Of a DNA stretch of 64,000 nucleotides, positions 11,099-18,912 are shown piece by piece. The notes below the pieces were generated by a model. It saw nothing but the letters and a program-made list of their open reading frames with translations. It ran no database searches and was not told the DNA's origin. The position numbers were made by a program, and so were the translations under genes. This DNA comes from an uncultured Gammaproteobacteria bacterium. GTDB lineage: Bacteria; Patescibacteriota; Patescibacteriia; Magasanikbacterales; UBA922. The stretch spans positions 704,595-768,594 of the forward strand of contig CAZQXB010000001.1 in the NCBI GenBank assembly GCA_964597575.1. The letters run 5' to 3'. Numbering within the stretch: the first letter of the stretch is position 1; each line of letters opens with the position of its first letter.

Positions 11099-11137
11099 AA
11101 AACAAAAATACCCCGGGCCTTGGGGTATTTTTGTTTT
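11099..11137. terminator. bidirectional terminator
   Basis: AAAACAAAAATACCCC/GGGGTATTTTTGTTTT perfect inverted repeat between convergent genes. Confidence 0.85.
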
Positions 11138-11160
11138 CTATCCGACTCTTGCCTTACTGT

Positions 11161-11433
11161 TTATTTTTTATCTGGGTCGGTCACATGAGTTGAAATAAGT
11201 TTTGCCATTTCAAACATGTTCACCTGTGATTTTCCTCCGAAAAGCACTTTGAGCTTTTCGTCAGCGTTAATATTACGCTTATTCTTCATATCTTGCAAAC
11301 CTTTTGCCTTGATGTATTCCCAAACCTTTTTCATTACCTGACCGCGAGACATTGGACCTGGTCCTGCAACTGCCTGTAACACTGGTGACAGGTTGAGTGG
11401 CTTAAGAAGTGCTGGGTTGGCTTTCCGTGGCAT
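11161..11433 (-). CDS. standalone SWIB/MDM2 domain protein
   Basis: LSPVLQAVAG..PMSRGQVMKKVWEYIKAKGLQD..NKRNINADEKL..LFG...VNMFEMAKLIS.H. Confidence 0.92.
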   Translation of the reverse strand: MPRKANPALLKPLNLSPVLQAVAGPGPMSRGQVMKKVWEYIKAKGLQDMKNKRNINADEKLKVLFGGKSQVNMFEMAKLISTHVTDPDKK

Positions 11434-11646
11434 ACACGATATTTAGAAAATTAAATACTACGTTGTAGTTATGCCCACACTATAACACAGGGGTCATGCG
11501 AAGGGCAATAGGTTATACACAGGGAGGAGGAGTGGTGCCAAGAAACATAAAAAACAACGAATACTTTTTCTCAAAGAAAAAAAGAAAACATCTTCCCCAT
11601 CATGAGAAAGTACTATATACTACGTTTCACTAACACGAACGAATAT

Positions 11647-13266
11647 ATGGCACTCTACCACAAGTACCGCCCTCAAACTTTTGCTGATGTTACTGGCCAA
11701 GAACACATAGTTCGAACAATCTCGAATCAAATTCGCACCAATACGCTCGGTCATGCGTATCTTTTCTCTGGACCTCGCGGGGTTGGTAAAACAACCACTG
11801 CCCGCCTCATTGCCAAAGCCGTCAATTGTGAAAAACGGTCCAAAGATATTTTCGAACCCTGCAATACCTGCACATCGTGCATCGAAATTACCGCTGGACA
11901 TGCTTTAGACGTTGTTGAAATTGATGCGGCGAGCCACACCGGTGTTGACCATGTGCGCGAACACATTATCGATAACGCTCGTTTCCGCCCTACAAAATCT
12001 CCGTTTAAAATATTTATTATCGACGAGGTCCACATGCTTTCCACCTCGGCGTTTAATGCGCTTCTAAAAACCCTAGAGGAACCGCCGGCGCATGTTGTAT
12101 TTATTTTAGCGACGACCGAACTTCAAAAAATTCCCGAAACCATTCTTTCCCGATGCCAACGATTTCAGTTCAAAAAAATGCCCTTTGACGACATGCGAAA
12201 GCATTTGCTCGATATCGCCAAGGCAGAAGATATTACAATTGACGATGAGCCGCTTCATCGCATTATTGCCAAAAGTGATGGTTCAGTACGCGATGCCATG
12301 AGCTTGCTCGACCAGCTCATCTCTTTGGGTGAAAAAAAGATTACTGAAGCGAACGCTGCTGCTATTCTCCCTCTCCATAATCTTGATACTGCGTTTCGCT
12401 TTATTGAAAAAACACTTCAAAGAAACCCGGTTGAAGCACTTCGCATACTTGATGCCGCAAGTGAAGCCGGAACATCATGGATTGATTTAGCCGACGACTG
12501 TGTCGTTATTGCGCGTCTCATGTGTATTGGCCGCGTTGGAGGGGATACAAGCCAAGTTGCCCTTCCTATTCCCAAATCCGTGGAAACATCTGCAGGGGCA
12601 CTGGGAAAAAATCTCTCCTCAAGCGAATTGATTCGTTTTATGGACATGCTCCTTTCGCGCCGGGCCGAAATTGCAAAAAGCCCTATCCCAGAACTTCCTT
12701 TTGAAATGCTCACTATTGCCTGGAGTGCCGAAGAAGAAAAAGGGCCACCTCTACCAACCACCAGCTCGATAAACGTTGCTTCGAAAAAAGTGGAACCGGA
12801 AAAAAAAGAGATTCCAGTTGTTTCAAAAAAAGTACTCGCCTCTGAAATGCCGTCACCACCCACTCCCCCTCCTGTTTCTCCTGTTCAACCAGTTGAAGAA
12901 ATAAAAAACAGTACCCCAGAAGAAACCGCGGCCCTTCCCCCACTTGATTTTGGAACGGTGCAGCTAAAATGGAAGCAATTGGTAAAGTCTCTTGAAACAC
13001 GCTCACCTTCATTGGTTTCTGTGCTTCACATGGCTCGCGTGGAAGGGGTCGAGGGAAGAACCATTACCCTTTCTGTCCCTTTTGCTTTTCACAAAGACAC
13101 GCTGGAGAGCAAAAACGGAAGACCGGCACTTGCTGCAGCCCTTCTTGAGCACTTTAATGGCCGGGCAGATCTTTCTATTCTTATCAAAGAAGAAAAAACA
13201 GACACCGCAGACCCAGATCTCGCGCATCTTGCTGCAGCATTTGGTGGAGAATTTGTATCCCCATAG
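11647..13266 (+). CDS. dnaX: DNA polymerase III subunit gamma/tau
   Basis: ALYHKYRPQTFADV.GQ, GPRGVGKTT, DEVHML, NALLKTLEEPP, SRCQ. Confidence 0.97.
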   Translation: MALYHKYRPQTFADVTGQEHIVRTISNQIRTNTLGHAYLFSGPRGVGKTTTARLIAKAVNCEKRSKDIFEPCNTCTSCIEITAGHALDVVEIDAASHTGVDHVREHIIDNARFRPTKSPFKIFIIDEVHMLSTSAFNALLKTLEEPPAHVVFILATTELQKIPETILSRCQRFQFKKMPFDDMRKHLLDIAKAEDITIDDEPLHRIIAKSDGSVRDAMSLLDQLISLGEKKITEANAAAILPLHNLDTAFRFIEKTLQRNPVEALRILDAASEAGTSWIDLADDCVVIARLMCIGRVGGDTSQVALPIPKSVETSAGALGKNLSSSELIRFMDMLLSRRAEIAKSPIPELPFEMLTIAWSAEEEKGPPLPTTSSINVASKKVEPEKKEIPVVSKKVLASEMPSPPTPPPVSPVQPVEEIKNSTPEETAALPPLDFGTVQLKWKQLVKSLETRSPSLVSVLHMARVEGVEGRTITLSVPFAFHKDTLESKNGRPALAAALLEHFNGRADLSILIKEEKTDTADPDLAHLAAAFGGEFVSP

Positions 13267-13270
13267 CTCT

Positions 13271-14257
13271 ATGCGTTTATTCGCTCTTCCCCTTTTTGGC
13301 CTTTTGCTTCTCCCCTTTCCGGTTTTTGCACTCTCACCCACAGGCCCGACCACCCTAGCGGTTCCTTATGTAAGCCAGGCCCCCTATGGCGTATGGGTTG
13401 AGCCGTGGCAAAATGCGTGCGAAGAAACGACCATTGCTATGGTTGATGCATTTTATGGAAAGCGCACTCTTACTCGCGCAACAGGAACAACCGCTATCCG
13501 GCTGGCGCTTAAACTCCGTGAACACCGCCATGGAAAAAGTTTGGATGAATCTGCCGAAGTCATGAAAGATATCATTAACTCGTATTATCCATGGGAAGCT
13601 TCTGTTGTACGAAACCCAACGCTTGAGCAAATCATGGAGGAAATAAAAAATGGCCGACCAGTGATTGCGCTCACCCACGGGAAAGCACTCGGGAATCCCC
13701 GATTTCAACAAGGCGGGCCAGACTATCATACTATTGTTCTCTCTGGGTTTAACGAACCCACCAAAGAATTTATTACCCAAGAACCTGGTACATCGATTGG
13801 GCAAAATCATCGCTATTCGTTTACGACCGTCATGAATGCACTCCACGATTTTGTTCCAAATAAGAAAACTTCGACCGGCGTGCCGACGGTTTTATTCACC
13901 TCACCTCGAATAGAGGCAAGCGGAACAAGTGATGCAGACGGTGACGGACTCTCCAAACAAGATGAACTTCGGCACGGAACCGTGCTCTATTTTTCAGACA
14001 GTGATGGGGACGGGTACACTGACGGCGAAGAGGTTGTGCTCGGTTTTTTACCCAATAAAAATGAACAGGCCCTTCCGTACGGAACGCTTGTAAAAAGTAC
14101 TGATGCCCCCGCAGTATACCGTTTGGAAAATGGAAAAAAACGCCATATCGTGAGTGAGCAGGCATTTTTAGGACGCGGATGGAAATGGACACAAATCGTT
14201 CTTGTGAGCAGTAGATTTCTCGAGAACGTTCCAGTCGGCACTCCTATCACCCGGTAA
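13271..14257 (+). CDS. secreted peptidase C39-like protein with TSP3 Ca-binding repeats and a C-terminal surface domain
   Basis: Signal peptide, VPYVSQAP..W...CEE, H(TIVLSG), DADGDGLS/DSDGDGYTDG repeats. Confidence 0.8.
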   Translation: MRLFALPLFGLLLLPFPVFALSPTGPTTLAVPYVSQAPYGVWVEPWQNACEETTIAMVDAFYGKRTLTRATGTTAIRLALKLREHRHGKSLDESAEVMKDIINSYYPWEASVVRNPTLEQIMEEIKNGRPVIALTHGKALGNPRFQQGGPDYHTIVLSGFNEPTKEFITQEPGTSIGQNHRYSFTTVMNALHDFVPNKKTSTGVPTVLFTSPRIEASGTSDADGDGLSKQDELRHGTVLYFSDSDGDGYTDGEEVVLGFLPNKNEQALPYGTLVKSTDAPAVYRLENGKKRHIVSEQAFLGRGWKWTQIVLVSSRFLENVPVGTPITR

Positions 14258-14289
14258 ATAGGCCGTGTTACCATCTCGTTCAGAAAAAT

Positions 14290-14319
14290 AAAAAGCGATC
14301 CATTGCTGGGTCGCTTTTT
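14290..14319. terminator. terminator hairpin
   Basis: AAAAAGCGATCCA-TTGC-TGGGTCGCTTTTT. Confidence 0.75.
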
Positions 14320-14347
14320 ACTAATCAATAAAGATCAAAGAGAGCAC

Positions 14348-14464
14348 CTACGCCTGCTCTTCACCTGGTTTCTTTTCATCTGGTGTTGGGGCAGGGGCCG
14401 GTGCATTGTTCATGATCATAGTCCGAGTGGTTATGAATGCATGCCAACTAGTGGTAGGTGACAT
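14348..14464 (-). CDS. putative 38-aa small protein
   Basis: MSPTTSWHAFITTRTMIMNNAPAPAPTPDEKKPGEEQA; upstream TTGACA-N16-TATGAT; downstream terminator. Confidence 0.35.
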   Translation of the reverse strand: MSPTTSWHAFITTRTMIMNNAPAPAPTPDEKKPGEEQA

Positions 14465-14470
14465 ACATTC

Positions 14471-14536
14471 ATCATACTCCTCAAGCAAACCCTGTCAACT
14501 ACCCACATTGACAAAGAGCGAAAAAAATGATACTTC
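14471..14536. promoter_or_regulatory. back-to-back sigma70 promoters
   Basis: Minus: TTGACA-N16-TATGAT (14498-14471); plus: TTGACA(14508)-N17-TACTTC with extended TG. Confidence 0.55.
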
Positions 14537-14570
14537 TACATCACGTTGAAATTCAACGAGGAAGTATACG

Positions 14571-15125
14571 ATGAACGACAAAGAGGCACAAATCGAGACC
14601 ACGCTTTTCCTTGTGAGGGCGCTCCCCATGCATGGAGGAGTCCAAACGGAGGCTTACATACAGACCCGTGACAGCGCGGCTGCAGAGCGAGTGAGCGAAT
14701 ATATTGCCCACAAGCTAGGCATGGTGTCATCCACGACCGTCGGGGCTATCTACAGCTCCCAGACCCCGGGTGCGACTCTCACGGCTCTCCGCATCAAGAA
14801 GGGTCTTCTCAGCTACCGCAAGGTGAGCAGCTTCCTCCGCGTCGAGACCGTGATCCGCCAGGAAAACAGCACGGCGGACTCGAGCTCCGCGCATGGCTAC
14901 GCGATCCGGATCACCGAGCTCGTCCGGGAGAACCTCGGACAGCACATCGTCGTGGTCCTGGCCTGCGACGCGGATACTTTCGCGCAGACGGTGCGGAAGT
15001 TCTCGGGGGGTGGGGGTTCGATCCCGGAGTTGGTGCCTGGCACCGTCGTTACGCTCACGCTCCACGGAGCTGGACCTGAGTGGACGAAGACGGTCATGGA
15101 CTGCCACAGCCCCGCCAAGAGCTAG
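14571..15125 (+). CDS. GC-rich orphan; degenerate histidine-phosphatase-like protein
   Basis: TLFLVR.., AIYSS....A..TA, HIVVV pattern; RHG replaced by RAL; SD GAGGAA. Confidence 0.6.
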   Translation: MNDKEAQIETTLFLVRALPMHGGVQTEAYIQTRDSAAAERVSEYIAHKLGMVSSTTVGAIYSSQTPGATLTALRIKKGLLSYRKVSSFLRVETVIRQENSTADSSSAHGYAIRITELVRENLGQHIVVVLACDADTFAQTVRKFSGGGGSIPELVPGTVVTLTLHGAGPEWTKTVMDCHSPAKS

Positions 15126-15162
15126 CCCCTCTGACCACCCCTCCCTTCTCTTCCGGCGTCCC

Positions 15163-15216
15163 ATCGCAGCAGACCACACGGCTCACCACCGAACGGCCTG
15201 CTGCGATCTTTTCTTT
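15163..15216 (+). terminator. long-loop hairpin plus U tract
   Basis: ATCGCAGCAG...CTGCTGCGAT then CTTTTCTTT. Confidence 0.55.
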
Positions 15217-15251
15217 AGAGAGAAAAACTATTTCTGAACGAAGAATATACC

Positions 15252-15280
15252 TTGACGAACGACACCAAATTGCGTATACT
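15252..15280 (+). promoter_or_regulatory. tRNA promoter
   Basis: TTGACG-N17-TATACT, 12 nt before the tRNA. Confidence 0.75.
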
Positions 15281-15292
15281 CATGGCACATAA

Positions 15293-15363
15293 TCGGGGAT
15301 CGTCTAACGGTAGGACTTCAGGTTCTGGTCCTGAATATCGGGGTTCGAATCCCTGTCCCCGAA
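15293..15363 (+). tRNA. tRNA-Gln(CTG), CCA not encoded
   Basis: Acceptor TCGGGGA/TCCCCGA, D arm GTCTAACGGTAGGAC, anticodon arm TCAGG-TTCTGGT-CCTGA, T arm CGGGG-TTCGAAT-CCCTG. Confidence 0.96.
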
Positions 15364-15364
15364 C

Positions 15365-15402
15365 AAAAAAATATACCACCCACATGGGTGGTATATTTTT
15401 TT
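15365..15402 (+). terminator. terminator after tRNA
   Basis: AAAAAAATATACCACCC/GGGTGGTATATTTTTTT inverted repeat. Confidence 0.8.
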
Positions 15403-15410
15403 GATTTGTT

Positions 15411-15537
15411 GGATTAGGAATTCGAACGGGGAGGGTTTGGGAACCGGGAGGTTCCCACTTTTGTTGGGGGAAGGTTGGGAAGGGGTGGAAACCCTTTCCC
15501 AGGAGGAGCTTTAGCGACAACTTCGAATTCCCTGTCC
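15411..15537. repeat. tRNA-3'-end-derived inverted-repeat element (MITE/REP-like)
   Basis: Ends GGATTAGGAATTCGAA / TTCGAATTCCCTGTCC resemble the tRNA T-arm/3' end; two internal GNRA-capped hairpins. Confidence 0.55.
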
Positions 15538-15587
15538 AAAAAGAGAAGGCGGAAGCCAACGAGAGGCTAAGGAGAATCCCTGGATTG

Positions 15588-15627
15588 AAAAAAGCCTGCC
15601 CCGACGACGCTTGGTCGAAACAGACTT
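15588..15627 (-). terminator. terminator of the 15659-16114 gene
   Basis: Minus strand AAGTCTGTTTCGAC..GTCGGGGCAGGCTT (G-U rich stem) plus T tract. Confidence 0.6.
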
Positions 15628-15658
15628 CTTCTCCTCAAAGGAAAAGAGTGGTGATGGA

Positions 15659-16114
15659 TCATTTCCTCTCTGACGGCGACTCTTCTCCATGATGACAGGA
15701 TGGTGCACCTCGAGAAATCCTTCGGATATGCTCAGCATGGCGACCTGGCCTATCTTGCACCCTCGAAATCGAAACCAAACCAACATCATCATCTGGGGCA
15801 CTGGTAAGATCGAATGGAAAGGTAATATGCGCACTTCCATCTCCACCACTAGGCCACTGACGCGGTATCATACCGAACGCACGAAAGACGGTTCCTCGAA
15901 CCCACACACAGGACGGGGTAGCAAAGGCATCGCCTTTTTTCCTGCCAGACCAGGCAATGAAGGCGAAAACATAGTGGATTGACTGATCGGCGGCAGCGAG
16001 CTTGAGCTCGAAGTTGGGAGCATCACGCCCAGGCTCTGGAATGGGGGCACCGGTGTGGCCCGCAAAAATCTCACGGGCACCGATGATACGGTAGGTATTT
16101 AGCGCCTGTACCAT
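15659..16114 (-). CDS. GC-rich orphan hypothetical protein
   Basis: 151-aa ORF; SD GAAGGAG; promoter TTGACG-N18-TATGAT (16166-16137). Confidence 0.6.
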   Translation of the reverse strand: MVQALNTYRIIGAREIFAGHTGAPIPEPGRDAPNFELKLAAADQSIHYVFAFIAWSGRKKGDAFATPSCVWVRGTVFRAFGMIPRQWPSGGDGSAHITFPFDLTSAPDDDVGLVSISRVQDRPGRHAEHIRRISRGAPSCHHGEESPSERK

Positions 16115-16216
16115 GGATCACGTCTCCTTCACCCGTATCATACTCATAACAAAAAAGATGCGTCAAATATTGCCTTTTCTTCCTTTTTCCGCTACCATTC
16201 TACTATTATCATTTCT

Positions 16217-17068
16217 ATGGCTGAACGAATCGACGGAATTGCTATTGCACACAACCTTGAAGGAGGTTTATTTCAGCGTGTCGAAGCATTAAAAAAACAA
16301 GCCATTACCCCAACCCTTGTCGTTTACCTTATTGGGAACGACAGACGATCTGAAGCCTACATTGCGAAAAAAGCTGCGGTAGCGGAGCGCGTTGGCATTA
16401 CGTTTATTCTTCGTCAATTTCCTCTTGAAACCACCACTGAAGCATTGTGCGAATATATTGAAAAAGACAATGACGATAGTGCCATTCACGCAATGATTGT
16501 TCAACTCCCGTTACCACCTCATATTGAAAAAGAAATGGTATTAAACACCGTCGCCGCAAAAAAAGATGCCGATTGTCTCACTTACGAAAACTTAGGCCGG
16601 CTCGTGAATGAAACCAATTTTCTTATTCCCCCAACTCCGGGTGCAGTACTGGCTATTTTAGAAAATCAACATGTTGATATTACAGGAAAAAATATTACTC
16701 TTGTGGGAACAGGCCAGTTGGTCGGAAAACCACTGTCGATTGTACTTATTCACACCAAAGCGAGTGTAACCACCTGCAATGAACAAACAAAAAACATTGT
16801 AGAAAAATGTCGTGAAGCTGATATTTTAGTTACCGGAGTCGGCAAACCAAACTTGATCACAAAAGACATGGTCAAACCCGGAGCTGTTGTAATTGATACC
16901 GGCACCTCATTCCTCAACGGAAAAATATCTGGCGATGTAATGTATGATGCAGTGGCAGAAGTTGCACGCGCCATTACTCCGACCCCAGGTGGGGTTGGTC
17001 CAATTACCGTCGCCAAGCTTCTTGAAAATGTTGTCATTTGTGCTGAGAGACAAACGAACAAACTCTAA
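16217..17068 (+). CDS. folD: methylenetetrahydrofolate dehydrogenase/cyclohydrolase
   Basis: IVQLPLP, KKDADCL, PPTP, LVGKPL, TPTPGGVGPITVA.LLEN. Confidence 0.96.
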   Translation: MAERIDGIAIAHNLEGGLFQRVEALKKQAITPTLVVYLIGNDRRSEAYIAKKAAVAERVGITFILRQFPLETTTEALCEYIEKDNDDSAIHAMIVQLPLPPHIEKEMVLNTVAAKKDADCLTYENLGRLVNETNFLIPPTPGAVLAILENQHVDITGKNITLVGTGQLVGKPLSIVLIHTKASVTTCNEQTKNIVEKCREADILVTGVGKPNLITKDMVKPGAVVIDTGTSFLNGKISGDVMYDAVAEVARAITPTPGGVGPITVAKLLENVVICAERQTNKL

Positions 17069-17139
17069 ATTTGCACACCTCACCCCACTAGAGTACAGTA
17101 TCTCTAGCCCCAACTCATCCAACAAACAGGAGGAAGTGC

Positions 17140-17526
17140 ATGCACAGACGCGTGTTGGGAGTATACGGAATCGTGGTGGTGGCAATGGTAGGAGTTGGCT
17201 GCACCTATGACGGACACTATGTGGCGCCACCACAAGTGACTGCCACGTGTGCAGAAATGACAGACTCGATCTGCGAAAAGATCGACTCCTGTCTCAACCC
17301 GTTCGAAAAGCTCGTTCTCTCTGAGGATGAGTGCCTCCGAAAGGCAGAACCCATTGTCTGCACGCTTAGTTCGTCAGTGGCCTATGCTGGCGAATGCGTC
17401 CGGCAAGCAATCATCGTTCAGTGTGAACCCCTGCGGGGATTTCTCCTCGACGATGAAGCAGTCGCAACTATGACATCAACCTGCACGAGTTTCTTCACGA
17501 AAGTGAAAGCGGACGTGAAGAAATGA
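17140..17526 (+). CDS. Cys-rich lipoprotein (orphan cassette)
   Basis: Lipobox VGVG|C, 8 further Cys; SD AGGAGG; promoter TTGCAC-N17-TACAGT (17071-17099). Confidence 0.7.
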   Translation: MHRRVLGVYGIVVVAMVGVGCTYDGHYVAPPQVTATCAEMTDSICEKIDSCLNPFEKLVLSEDECLRKAEPIVCTLSSSVAYAGECVRQAIIVQCEPLRGFLLDDEAVATMTSTCTSFFTKVKADVKK

Positions 17527-17620
17527 GGAGACGGTAGTGCGGATTTTTTCCAAGATAGCCCACTTTGGCCCGAGCGTGCGTAAAGCACACTCGAAACCCT
17601 AGGCGCGGCTGTCTTCTTGT

Positions 17621-18610
17621 TTACGAATGATTTTCACCTACAACGAGTTGCAAATACTCTTCTAAAAGAAGATCGAGTTCAGAAATAAGTGATACACGCA
17701 TCAATTTTCCACGCAATTCTTTCATACCAGGAATAACTTCGCCCATTTTGGTTGCTTTAAAATACCACGACAAATGTTTGCGGAAAGTCGTCATCCCCTT
17801 TTCTCCATACTGAAGCACATGCAACTGCGCATGTTCGCGGATAACTCGTACCCGTTCATCTGGAGTAACAACAAATGTAGGATCAAGCGCTTCTTTAAAA
17901 AACCAAGGATTACCAAGAGCACCGCGCGCGATAAGAACTCCATCAGCTTTGGTAATATCGAGCGCTTCCTGTACCTGCTTCGCTTCATGAATATCGCCAT
18001 TTGCTAAAAGCGGTACCGGAGAAATTTTTTTTGCTTCAGCAATACGTGCCCAATCACTCTTTCCGCTATAGCTCTGTTCTTTGGTTCGACCGTGCACGGT
18101 AATAAGCTCGGCTCCGGCTTCTGCAACGACAGGAATAAATTTTTTGAAATCATCAGGATCTTTCCAGCCTAAACGAATTTTTATAGAAAGCGGTGTCGTG
18201 CCAATCGCTTGTTTTATTTCACGAATAATAGCCGCAGCACGTTCGGGTTCTTTCATAAGGGCGCACCCATTGAAGTTGCTGGTAATTTTATACACCGGGC
18301 AGCCCATGTTAATATCGATTCCCTCAGGCTTCGCATGCTCCATCACAATCGCAGCAGCGCGCGCCATGGTCAACGGATCGGAACCAAAAATCTGTTGTAC
18401 AATGGGTCGTTCAGCAGGCACAAAATCAGTCATGCCGAGGGTTTTTGCATTATTCCGAACGAGAGCCTCTGAGGAGACCATTTCGCGAAATACCACATCT
18501 GCTCCACCAATATTTCTGACCACTTGGCAAAAGGCAGAATCAGTCATATCTGCCATGGGTGACAGAGCTAAAATACGACCATTATTTTTGAGAATATCTT
18601 GGATCCACAT
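17621..18610 (-). CDS. dusB: tRNA-dihydrouridine synthase
   Basis: LSPMADMTD, IDINMGCP, KIRLGW, VHGRT, ANGDI, ARGALGNPW, FRKHLSWY. Confidence 0.94.
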   Translation of the reverse strand: MWIQDILKNNGRILALSPMADMTDSAFCQVVRNIGGADVVFREMVSSEALVRNNAKTLGMTDFVPAERPIVQQIFGSDPLTMARAAAIVMEHAKPEGIDINMGCPVYKITSNFNGCALMKEPERAAAIIREIKQAIGTTPLSIKIRLGWKDPDDFKKFIPVVAEAGAELITVHGRTKEQSYSGKSDWARIAEAKKISPVPLLANGDIHEAKQVQEALDITKADGVLIARGALGNPWFFKEALDPTFVVTPDERVRVIREHAQLHVLQYGEKGMTTFRKHLSWYFKATKMGEVIPGMKELRGKLMRVSLISELDLLLEEYLQLVVGENHS

Positions 18611-18702
18611 ACGAGTATTACTTTGGTGAAAAAGAAGTATATCATATTTGGCTAAAATATCAAGAGAATCCTATTTTTATCTTGATAAAAATGATACCTT
18701 GA

Positions 18703-18843
18703 GGGTCGTAGACCCAAGCTCTCCACCCGACGATCACCGAGGCGCTCCACCCCCACCCCTACGGTGCACTAAGGAGGCGCAAGCGTAACAAGACCCCAGA
18801 AACAGAAGACTGCTCACCAGGGGTCGACAATTCTTTTCTTTTC
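18703..18843 (+). ncRNA. candidate structured small RNA
   Basis: GC-rich intergenic island without an ORF; stems GGGTC/GACCC, GCGCTCC/GGAGGCGC, GACCCC/GGGGTC; 3' U-rich tract. Confidence 0.25.
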
Positions 18844-18863
18844 AAGAACTTGAGGACAGAAAA

Positions 18864-18896
18864 ATAAAGATCTCCCGTTATGCGAGAGATCTTTAT
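18864..18896. terminator. terminator hairpin
   Basis: ATAAAGATCTC...GAGATCTTTAT. Confidence 0.7.
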
Positions 18897-18912
18897 CTAT
18901 TTGATTGTCCTC

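Noticed and set aside
12992-13270. N-terminal extension of the 421-aa ORF overlapping dnaX
   Set aside because: The true start is more likely ATG 13271 (signal peptide, 4 nt after the dnaX stop). Similar over-extensions were trimmed for mnmA, secA, HAD, hpf, the ATE-like gene, cls and trxA.
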